Assembly (NCBI GenBank): GCA_051294375.1
Contig: CM119263.1
Coordinates: 27,186,004-27,250,001 of the forward strand
Direction: 5' to 3'
DNA: 63,998 bases
Source: Paraspadella gotoi
Taxonomy: Eukaryota > Animalia > Chaetognatha
The position numbers were made by a program, and so were the translations under genes. The notes beneath the pieces are model-generated. The model had not been told where the DNA came from, did no database searches, and saw nothing but the letters and a program-made list of their open reading frames with translations. Of this stretch, positions 39,890 to 51,295 are shown piece by piece. Numbering within the stretch: position 1 is the first letter of the stretch; every line of letters begins with the position of its first letter.

Positions 39890-41738
39890 ATGCCAGTGTC
39901 ACCAGTTACAAATGACAACAAAAAGAACAGCAACGTCAGTCCCACTCGCGCCTTTCTAGACCGAACGTCTCTTCATGGAGTCGACCGCCTGGTCTCTACT
40001 TCAGGCGGCAGGCGACTCTTCTGGACGCTCATCTGCCTGGTATCTTACGTGAATCTCTTGACTCTTATTGTCCTGACGACGATGGAATATTTGGACGTGG
40101 AAAACACGACTGTTGACGTCAAAGTAAAGAAGATGAAGTATGATCACAATTCTTTGGAAGGTACGGATCTGTACCCACGGATGGTGGTCTGCGTGGCGAG
40201 GAGTAATTATACTCTGGAGGATTATCAGGCAATAATACTCAAATTAATAATTGAATAATGGAAAATGAATCATTAAATATTGTTTAATGATGCGTTTTTC
40301 GGCCAATTTTCCGCAACCAAACTTTCTTTCTTCTCTGCTGCTTCTCCTCTTCTTCTAATGCCTGCTCTCAATGCTCTCTCTCTCTCTCTCGTCTCTCTCT
40401 CATCTGCTGCGTCTCATCTCTGTCTGCTCTCTGCTTTCCTCATCTCTCTTCTGTCACACACACAATATAGTCGCACATGCAATTGCAACGAGATGGTGCA
40501 GCGGCAAGCACTTCTCTCGCCGATTTCCGTCCGACCCCTTTTCACCGCCAGTTACTACGCCAATCCCGGCGCCCGCTCGGCCTACGGAATCTGCTCTCTT
40601 CTACCTGGATCCGAAGTAGAGATCTACTGGGGAAAAGTGAAGGAGCTTAACATTTTCTTTCGCTTGACGCGAGAGCAGGAAACGCCGCTGGAAAGCAACG
40701 CAGGATTCCTGCTGCGGCGTCCGGAGAAAAATAACATCGTTGAGATGCAAGTCGTCGGTGTGAGGAGGCTGTCCATTAAGGGGAGTGTGGTCTTAGTATA
40801 CTAATCTAGTATACATTTATCACTATTATGTATTTTGATTTTATTACTATATTAAAAAAAAAGAAATGGAATCTATAAAATAAGTTTAAACTAAGTTCCC
40901 GGCTTTGATCGATTTACAATAAAATATTAGATAACCTATAAAACTGAATTGATTTTATTGTGCTTTAAGCCTCTTTTTCTACTTTAAGACCGCAGGATAT
41001 ACAAACGAATATCCTCCGGGAGTGAAAAACGAAACGCCCGTCTACGATCCTTATCATTGTCACGATCTTTGTTTCGCGCGGGAGATCGAACGGGAGAATT
41101 CCAATTGCGACTCTTTGCCTTCCAGACATTTGCAGTTGGTTTGGAAGAATGATTGGTGGCAGAGGCGCGCTGCGTATTGCGTCACCAACGAAGGGGACTT
41201 TCCGTTGCCTGCGTATTGCTTGTGCAATAACTATCGAATATTTAATGTGGACGAATGCGTAAGAGGTGAGGAAATTTTTTTTTTAATTAACTTGACAGTT
41301 TTACAGCTTTCATACGTTTGCCAAGTTTTTCTATTGATTATCGTAGTAATTCTGGACCATAAAAACATCTCCAAGTCGTGCATGGACGAATGTAAACCTT
41401 CATCGGTCATCGACCACGTTCGATACAATCCGCTTATTTACGACAACAAATTCAGAGACGTCATTTGCCGCAAATTCTACGTTTGCTTCAACGACAGCCT
41501 CTCGCCCAACACCTTTATCGGGGTGCAGCAAGAAATCGATCTGGAGGAGATTATCAAGAAGCCGAAAATGTCGAGATCTGATTTGCTGGCGGCCATTGGT
41601 GGATATTTGGGTCTTTTGGTCGGAGTGTCGGTCATAACAATCGTTGAAGTTTTGGAATTTGTTACCGAGATGTTGAGAAGGGTTTTTGAAAAAAGGAGAG
41701 AGAGTAGCGGGAGCTTCGAAATTAATGGAGAAGAATAA
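39890..41738 (+). CDS. DEG/ENaC (ASIC/pickpocket/degenerin family) channel subunit, multi-exon; approximate exons 39890-~40202/40228, ~40471-40759, 40989-~41265, ~41347-41738
   Basis: Family motifs appear in the expected order: N-terminal HG motif (FLDRTSLHGVDRL), TM1 (RRLFWTLICLVSYVNLLTLIVLTTMEYL), post-TM1 YPRMVVC (FPxVTxC-like), YGIC, Cys-rich thumb (YHCHDLC...NCDS...CLC...CMDECKPS) and TM2 SDLLAAIGGYLGLLVGVSVITIVEVLEF with the G-x-S filter. Intron 40760-40988 (gtgagg...tttaag) joins in phase 0 and 41266-41346 (gtgagg...tcgtag) joins in phase 1. The exon1/exon2 junction cannot be phased because of low-complexity, noisy sequence. Confidence 0.93.
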
Positions 41739-44700
41739 TATACATTAACTTATCCTACGATTTCAAAGTTCGTCTATACTTTAAGATTTTATTTCTAGCG
41801 CTTCAATGCAAAAATCAGCAAAATCGTCGGCAGGCATTCCCCAAAAAAGTTTTTATGGCCGCAAATCACCAGCCTAAAATCGGCTTCTCGCGTAATCAAG
41901 TGCGCGCCTAGTGTTAAGGATTTCAATTTTGGTTGGCCAATAAGGATTATGTACTACGAGCACGTATGAGTAGTAATGCTCGATGCGGGCCGCAAGATTC
42001 AAATAAAAAACGCGAGCGAAGAAATGGAAGCACGGCGAATCGGAAAGATGCATGATATTTGCGAAATAAATATTTACTGATCTTAACAATATTAATTAAT
42101 AATTGTTAATTTGCTTAAAAATTTATTTTATATTTTTATGGTTAAATCCTTGGATAGTAAAATAATGGGTGTTAATAATATGGTGGATATCTAAAATCGC
42201 ACCAAACGCGTTCATCAGCGGCATTGGTGCGCGAGGAGGCCAAGTCATTTGCTTCCCACCCAAAAGGTCGCGGGGTTCTAGGCCCGGTGGTCGTCGCTGG
42301 CAGTTAAGAGGGACGGGCGGCGCTTAACCTACCGCTTTGTAACTTGTGTTACAGCCTGATCCGATAGCTCAGGGACTGCTTATATAGAACGGTTCTGTCA
42401 CTTAACACGAACACATAAAATAAGTTACTGTCTCTTCAATCAATAACAAAATTATATGTATTCTCGCTGACCGGATGCTTACTGCAAACCAATGCAGAAT
42501 ATTTGAAAATGCTTTTGTGATTCATATCTCGAGGCAGGTTTATTTAATGAAGCTGATGCTCCAACAATTGAAAAAAATATATTCTGAGAGTATTTACAGC
42601 ATCATATATATATATAAATTAGATTCATTTCGCGTGAATCTATCACAAAGGAGATGAAAGCAGCAAACCAAATGATACAAGCAAAGGCAGTCCTCCTTTA
42701 ATAATACCGGTTTAACTGCAAAAAACAATAATAAAAGGTATGGGGGATTGAGTATGTATAAAAATAAAAAACATATAAAAGAAGTGTAGTGAAAAAAGTA
42801 ATTTGTTGTATTTGTTGTACATAAACAAGAAATAGCTCATATGTAAATCAGCATAAGAAGCTAAAGTTTTTCATTATTTAAATTCTTATTTTTTCGAATT
42901 TATGCAAAAAAAGCTGAAAAGTTTGCCGGCAACAATTTTTTTTGATATGATAGTCTCTGAATGACAAAAGAGACTTTTTATTTCTAATTATTGCTGGCGC
43001 ATGTCAATCAATAACCTAGTTGCGCTACACTATAGTGTATGTGTTTCATGAAAAAAACATTTGTATTAATATTTTTATTAAATGTCAATTGGTTAAAAAA
43101 AATGCGAATTATTCATAAATAAAATCATAGGCAAATTATTTAAAAAATACAAAGTTGCTGTCGGCTGGCGCCGTAGGAAAGAACCCGCGCGCAAGAGCGC
43201 CAATTGTTGGTAGAGCTGCCAGCCACTGAGGTGGGATTCGCGCAGCAGCTGTTTGTTGAAGGGCAGGAATTACACTGTACGCCGGACCCGCCACTATGAT
43301 TGGATCCAACCGGGCACAAACTATTTTTTAAAGAAAGTAGCTTATTGAAGAGCAAAACATTAAGTAAAGCGCAATCAGGCGTGCATGACTATTAAATAGC
43401 CGGGTTAAATCCACCTGGGAAAGTATCAATAGTGGTACGAACCGGTAAGCTTCGTAAGCCTGGGCGAAAGGAAAATCCCCAGGCCTAGTTCCAAAAAGCC
43501 TATGGTCCCAGTTCCATTAGCTGCGAGAGAAGGTTAAGAATGTTGCAGGAAAGCACTTTCAGATCACAAGCAATTTTAATAATTGAATATTTCTGTAATA
43601 AATAAAAAATATTGTATTTAAGAATGAAACGGCAACTAATCTAATCATTCTCAATAATTTTTTCGAATGCAAAGGAGACAAATCTAGGATTAACTTTGTT
43701 TTACGCTTGCAAAACATTTAAAATTGTGCATTTAATATTAATAATTAGCATTGCATTGCATTAAGATTAAAAAATTTTTTAATTTAATTACTTTCAATGA
43801 TGGGTGGAAAGCAATGATTTTGATTGAGGGCCACCTTGTTTGATAGTATGACGGTGCCACCCAGATTCACCGAATGCCAAACATCTGAGTTCCGTTTGAT
43901 CATTTGCTATTTTGAAATTTTCTAACAATGAATGAACAAATATAATAACATTCAGTCAGTTTAAGAGTTAAGACTAAACTTTCATTTCATTCCGCATTTG
44001 AAATCCGTGGGAGTTTGGTTACCGCCATAATGCCGAGAGCATGTTTGGTTGTGGGAGGGCTTCAGGAAAAGGCAGGGGCTCCTTGTCGCCGGCCACCCAA
44101 CGGGTTTCGAAGCTAAACAGAGAGATTGGAAAATGTATTCCTTAGCGCTTGGCATTTAAGTTTGGAGACCGCTTCGTATTTCAATTAGCGCTCGTAAGAA
44201 AGTGGGTGGTGCTGCTTGAAGATGATAGCTCCCTGGAACGGGAAAGAACAACTGAACGTCAAAAGCAGACTTTATGGCCGTAAATCCTAATCTTACTATA
44301 CAAATTAACAAAAGTTAAATATTCTTAAATCTTTAAGCAGCTAAAATTTTACTTTCGACCGACATGGGAATATATAAAGTCTATTAAAAAAATTAATTTA
44401 AAGAAAATAATTTATTGGATGCGAAAAGATTATTTTAGTGTCAACTAGAAAATGTTTTTAGTATTTTTAGTGGGCTACACGGAGTTTAACGCGTGCGGCG
44501 GTATGCGCCTCGAAATTTTCTACGTGAGTCGCTTGCCAAAAGATTATGAAGAGAAAAGTGCGCATTATCAATATTAATCTTTATTTAATTCCATGCGAAC
44601 AAACATGCGTAATAAACGGAAGTTTCCGTCCGGGCGAATATGATATAGTGAGTATTTCATTAGCAAACCATAAAGACAAACGTTATCTCTGCTGAATACG

Positions 44701-47700
44701 AGGCTTTGATGGTCGGCTTCAGCTAAAAGAGCCGGAACAAAAAATAATTCGCAAGTCATGCTGTACAGTCCCTGGTTCAATATAAAATAGTTTATTGACA
44801 ACTTTGAAAGATAGAAATGACACGATGCTTGCCGTAAATATAAACACAATTATTTGGTTGGTAGCAATGTAAACCCGGCTAAGTAAAAAAATATTAAAGT
44901 CCATGACGGGGTACACATAAAATTTTAAACAGCTAAAAATATAGGCACAACTATGCGCTTAAATTATTTGAAAAAGTAGCTTATTGATTAACCCATCCTT
45001 GGGCGTTTGATAATTTTCAGATTTTGGTCGCTCCGATACGAAGGCATCATGAAGAGTTGTGTGATGGAGTCCGTTACAGGCTATTCAACGAGTGCTCGCG
45101 AGCGACAATTTTCTCCAATTGCGCTGTCGCCAATCGCAGACACCGGAAGCAGAAGATTGTTATGAAAAAGCATAGTCTTTCTTAGTCGCCGCTAAACCAG
45201 TACGAAAGGCCAAGCAGGCAGAGACGTGATGGTCTTCCTCACAAAAGGATGCACATGAGCTTATCTTTTATGAAGTAACATGAATAGAATAATGGCGTAT
45301 AGGCTTGACGAACCTCATTCCCGATGGCTTGATGCCAAAAGAATTGTTCATAGTTGACTAAACAGTCGCCGATTGAGCCGCCGGTGCACTCGCACGGTAC
45401 ACTCTCACGCAGAGGCAGCTGGCCGTAGGCTCTCGCCGACGGACTTGACAGGACTCGCGCAACTGGAGTCGCCGAATGAAGAAAGTTGCCTTCATGGTGA
45501 CATTACGTTTTTTGAAAGTAAAATATTGAGATGAGTAAGATTTTCTTTGTCTTGAAAAGTGGTTGGTAAGCTTCATCTAATTTTACAGGTGCGAGCTCAA
45601 GACTTTTAAAATTTGCGTCGACGATCATTATTATTCGCGCCGAATTTCCATTTTTTTAAAGTTATTGATGGACGCACGCTACGGGCAAAGCGTTTATGCC
45701 GTTTTTAGTGTAGTCAATGTTTTTAGTAAATTTCTATGCCTCACGGAGCTGAACCGTTGGCGTTGCGCCCGTCAAAATATGCTAAGCAATGAGTCTTGGC
45801 AAATAATTATGAAGAAAAAAGTCGCATTTTTAATATTATTAATATTATTATACCTTTATTGTAATATCCATCGGAAAAACTCGTAAAAAAACGGAGTTTC
45901 CTCCGGCGGAAAAAGCGAATATTAGTGAGATTTCATTAGAAACTAAAGCGCCGAACATGCCCTTATGTAAATAAAATCGTTGGTTGACACTGGAAATAAT
46001 TTTTGCATACAATTACATTACACAACGAAAAGAATAGTTAAAAACACAAATTATTTATTTAAAAAAAAAAGGATTAAAAAAATTATTACCTTATATTATC
46101 CTAACCCTAAAAACTCTTAACCGCTATTCACGTGCTCGCTAAACTATACCACCCTAAATTCGAAAGTAAAATTAACACATTACATCCTGAATGAGGTAAC
46201 ATAAAAAATAAAATTGAGATGTAAGTAAAAAAAATATTCACCACACCTTGTTTTCAGTGCTGTGTCCTCTCGGTGATGGTGATGGTATAATGAGTATTTT
46301 TAATTGCAAATACAGAGCAAGAATAATACTGTATTCAAATTATCAGCTAGAAGATAATAATAATTAATTATTTCTTGACAAAATTTCGTTCAAGATGTGG
46401 CAACGACCGTTGCTATAAAGAAACCCAGTGGTGAATGTCGCGTTCAATAAGTCGCACCAGTGGTCCATATACACCGAAAGAATTCGCAATCAACAAAAGA
46501 CAGAGGCGAGCCAACAGCCATGGGCATTAGAAGTGGAGCACTCAAGAAGCAAAAAATTATTTGAAATGATCGAACAATTGATATTAGAAATGTGAGATAG
46601 TAAGATTGACTAGTACTAAAAATATTTTAGTTGCAATGATTAATGTTGGTGACAGAAACTGTTATTTTAATAGATTATATAAGTATATCATGAATTATAT
46701 GTTATATGTTCACATTATTCAGGCCTTATATATAAAATTAAGCTGGGAATAATAAAATTTTAAAAAATAATTTTTTAATACTTTTAATAAAGATTCAGAT
46801 TCTCATAAAAAAGTTGAATCAAAAAATATAAAAACATGTTATCAAAAATTCTGTCATCTTTTTAAAATAAGAAAAAAGGTGAAAATTCTGACTTTTTTTA
46901 TTATGCTGTATAGAAACTTATATATGTTAAAACGTTTTTAGTCATTTTTTGTGATCTAAAACATTACAAATAATGCTTATAACATATTTATAAGAGTTCT
47001 TTATATTTTTTATAGAGCGATCCAAATCAGTTCTTAAAAATAAAAAAAAATTTATTTGAAATTTGACAGATTTTATATGGGGAGGATATTACTACATAAA
47101 TAATTGAATTTGCTATACTGTATATGCTAAAAAAAATTTTAAAAGATTTAAAATTAGCACATTAATTATATGTTCCATAGGCAGCAAAAAAATAATGTTC
47201 ACATACAAGCCAATCTTTTCATCACTCCACTCTAATGGCCATGACACGAGGCTTTCGAAGCGTACAAAAGAAACTAATAAGCCCAGCAAATTCAATACGG
47301 CCCCAGTGAGCATAAACAAAGAATCTTAAGCGGATTTAAATCGTAGGAAATCATGAATTTGCTTTCTCTTTGATTAATATTAATTATTCAAATTTAATTT
47401 CGCGCTCCCCCACAAAAAGAAAGTCAAAACGCCTATATCTAACCAGCTGAATAAACATTGAAATCCTCTATCTCATAGGGCAGCAGGGTATAAAATACGA
47501 CTGACAAACCAGTATTATTTGATTGCTTAAATAAGCAGCAGCTTGCTAAGAATTTACAGATGTCATTAAATATCGAATTGAAGCCAAGACAGTGGTCTAT
47601 CAATAATCTGTAGGGCCATAATTACCTTTATGTTTTAATTATGAGATACGACAATAGGGAAAGAAAGACATTTTAAAAAAAAGGCAGAAACCTTGTCCTC

Positions 47701-47915
47701 ATTTAAATTGAACTTTTAATATTAATGTTAAATATATTTCTCATGCGCTCCCATCCCCAGTGTCTTCCCAAGACCCCAGGCTTTTGAAATAAGCCCATAT
47801 TGCAACACTTGTAAGTGGGCTTTGACTATATACTTTTGATGGAACCATTTTTTAACGGAAATGCGATCGAAAAAAAATCTGATTAATTAACTCGAGCGCG
47901 AAATCGTCTCCTCGC

Positions 47916-48006
47916 TAGCGGGAGCTTCGAATTAATCGAGAGAATAATGATACATTAAATTAATCCTACGAATTTCAAAGTTTGTCAATACTTTAAGATT
48001 TTATTT
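47916..48006 (+). repeat. ~90-bp direct repeat of the DEG/ENaC stop-codon and 3'UTR region (41705-41794)
   Basis: tagcgggagcttcgaa(a)ttaat.gaga(a)gaataat(g)atacattaa.ttatcctacga(a)tttcaaagtt.gtc.atactttaagattttattt occurs at both positions. Confidence 0.92.
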
Positions 48007-50045
48007 TATTTACATTCACAATGTTACAAGCACATACGGCACAGTTTGTAATTGATAAAAATAGTATTTGCTGCTGAAATTAATTTTTAAATTGAAACAC
48101 AAATAAATACACCGCTTTAAGTTTAGAGCTCATTCATTTTTGGCGTTTAAAAAGCGATTTGAAAACGTTTACTTACACGCCTGATATTTCTCCCCCTCTA
48201 CCCTACCGATCTACCACTTCTCCATTTTCAAGGCGAAACTCTGCTTCCCCTTTTCATTTCATTCTTTCAATATCGTTTCCGGGTTTTTCGAAGAAGAAAT
48301 AAAAATTCGCTTGCGTCACCAAAGATCGTATTAAAATCCGTTACACTAGATGGCAAAACACGGGCGGTTAAAATTGAATTTAATATTTGCATTTGAAATG
48401 GAAATCTAGACTCGGAACAGAAAGGAAACATCGGAACAACTGCCATTCCTAGTTCTTTTCTTTTCACTGGGACGGGNNNNNNNNNNNNNNNNNNNNNNNN
48501 NNNNNNNNNNNNNNNNNNNNNNNNNNNNNNNNNNNNNNNNNNNNNNNNNNNNNNNNNNNNNNNNNAATTGGCTGGAGCTAGAGAGTTGGAAACACCGCAA
48601 AGGCAGAAGATTATGAGGTGGAGTCGGAATAGAATAACAAAGAATTGCCGCAATACGATCCGGATTCAATGAAAAAAATGGAATCTGTCGGAGAAAGGAA
48701 AGCTGCTTGCGACGTGGAGCTGGTAGAGGAAAAGGGAGAGCTCGTGGAAAGCGGTGGGTCGCTTGTCACGTAGAGATTGCGCCCCCCTCCATCCCCGACG
48801 CCATCGAGCGCTTCTCATACACTCGGGTTTTAATTAAAGAAACAATCAAATCCGTTGATTAACTCCCTGGCGCTCATTAGTCTACTGGCTGAAGATGATA
48901 ATTACCATGTCTGGGGGAATGGGGNNNNNNNNNNNNNNNNNNNNNNNNNNNNNNNNNNNNNNNNNNNNNNNNNNNNNNNNNNNNNNNNNNNNNNNNNNNN
49001 NNNNNNNNNNNNNNNNNNNNNNNNNNNNNNNNNNNNNNNNNNNNNNNNNNGAGAGATAGAGAGAGACCAAGATTCTTCATTCGTGAGACGATGGAATCGG
49101 AATTCAAAGAGATTTAAAACGATTGCTTTTTGGCGACGAATCCTGGCGGCCATTAAATTCTTTACTCGATTCGCTTCTCTTTTTTAAAGTTATATAAAAT
49201 CTTTTTCGCTAAAATTTAACTATTAAAATTTTGTCATAATATAATTATTTTAATTTATTTATTTTTTATGTTTGAATTTTTAAAAATTATAATTTTATTT
49301 AATTAAATTGTTTTAATATTATAATATTAAATTTTTATTTAACGATGATTAAGTATTAGGTAAAACAGTCGGCAATGCCAACCGTGACCCAAAAACCTCT
49401 CCTTTCTCCCCAATGCTCTTTCTCTCCCATCTCCTCGCCGAAAAATCGTTTTCCCGCCAAACCTCGTCACGGCTTTTATCTTCGCCTCGTTATCGCGAAT
49501 CGAAAAACATTTGAAATTCAAGTTGGACTCGATCGCTCTTCCTCATCACCTTTTTCCTTTTTTTTTTTTCCACAATTTTACTTTCTTTTCCTTTCTTTTT
49601 CTCTCTTTTTTCTTTCCTTTTTTTTATTTTCGTGATTTCTCCCCCACTCCTTCATTTTCTAAGGGTTTCAACTCCTTTCCCGACAACGCTTCATCACACC
49701 GAAACTCGCGTCCTTAAAACATTTTTTTTCTTTTTTTTTCCCTTTTTTTCTTTTTTTTTTCTTTTTTTCCTTTTTCCTTTTTTTTCTCTTTTGATTTTTT
49801 CTTTCTCTCACATCCTTCATTTTCTTTTTTCGTCCCTNNNNNNNNNNNNNNNNNNNNNNNNNNNNNNNNNNNNNNNNNNNNNNNNNNNNNNNNNNNNNNN
49901 NNNNNNNNNNNNNNNNNNNNNNNNNNNNNNNNNNNNNNNNNNNNNNNNNNNNNNNNNNNNNNNNNNNNNNNNNNNNNNNNNNNNNNNNNNNNNNNNNNNN
50001 NNNNNNNNNNNNNNNNNNNNNNNNNNNNNNNNNNNNNNNNNNNNN

Positions 50046-50077
<32 letters not shown>

Positions 50078-51157
50078 ATTTTTTCCTTATTTTCTTCCTT
50101 TTTTTCTCCTTTTTCTTGTCAAAGAAGAATCCCCGTCTGATTTGAATTTCCCAAGACGCCGCTCTTTTCCCCGGATGTAAATGGCTTTCCTATCTCCCCG
50201 GATGTAAATAAATGGTGTGTAGTTTAATTCCAAATGTAGATGAGGAACATTATGAGGTTTTCTTGCTTCTCTCTCTCGTTTTTTCTTTCCGCTGACTGCG
50301 CCGTTTCCCCCGCTTATCTTTTTGACAGGGTGAGAGGGAGAGTNNNNNNNNNNNNNNNNNNNNNNNNNNNNNNNNNNNNNNNNNNNNNNNNNNNNNNNNN
50401 NNNNNNNNNNNNNNNNNNNNNNNNNNNNNNNNNNNNNNNNNNNNNNNNNNNNNNNNNNNNNNNNNNNNNNNNNNNNNNNNNNNNNNNNNNNNNNNNNNNN
50501 NNNNNNNNNNNNNNNNNNNNNNNNNNNNNNNNNNNNNNGGCTTTCCCCGCAACCGGATCATTTCTTGACACGAATCTTCTCTCTCGCGCTCCATTTGCGT
50601 CAGAAGTGAATTCACGTTTCCGGTGACGAATTCGATTTCGATGACGCGTGAACTCGAAATGTGAAGCTTTTTCACGACGCGAATCGACGGAGATTCAAGT
50701 TACGGAGAGAAGAAGAGAAAATTGCCCTTTTTTGTTGTTGTTGTTGTGTTTGGGAGAAAAGGTTTCGTCGTCATGGTGATTTGTCAAGAAATTTGGGGGG
50801 GGGGTTGAAACGGAGAGACTGATCGAGGTGAGTTTTTCGTTCGTGTTAAATAAAACTTACGCTAGCCCAGATCTTCATGTACTTAAAGTTTAGTTTAACG
50901 AAGTTGTAAAACAATAAATTTAATGGGACATTGAGTAACCCGTTAAATCATATATTTTTATACATATTTAGTACACAGCACTAATACTTATTCGACTCCA
51001 ATTGTCCCTTGGAACAAAAGTGGAGTCGAAAGAAAGAGAGAAAGAGAAGAAAGATAAAAGAAAAAATAATAGAATATGAACGAATCGAAAATAACAAAAC
51101 TCTTGAGCTAAATTTAATCTTTTTTACAGTTTTTTCTCTCTCTTTTTTTCTTTTTAT

Positions 51158-51295
51158 CTTTTTCTCCTTTTCTCCTTTTCTCCTTTTCTCCTTTTCTCCT
51201 TTTCTCCTTTTCTCTTTTTCTCTTTTTCTCTTTTTCTCTTTTTCTCTTTTTCTCTTTTTCTTCTTTTCTCTTTTTCTCTTTTTCTCTTTTTCTTC
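51158..51295. repeat. Pyrimidine repeat of ~8-bp units (ttttctcc / tttttctc)
   Basis: Directly visible; it produces the spurious FSFSPFLL and KEKKRKRE ORFs. Confidence 0.85.

Noticed and set aside
43150-43550. GC-richer patch considered as an rRNA or structured RNA fragment
   Set aside because: I recognise no conserved rRNA motifs, and it lies in the suspected low-quality block.
46100-46110. cctaacccta telomere-like motif
   Set aside because: Fewer than two repeat units, which is expected by chance.
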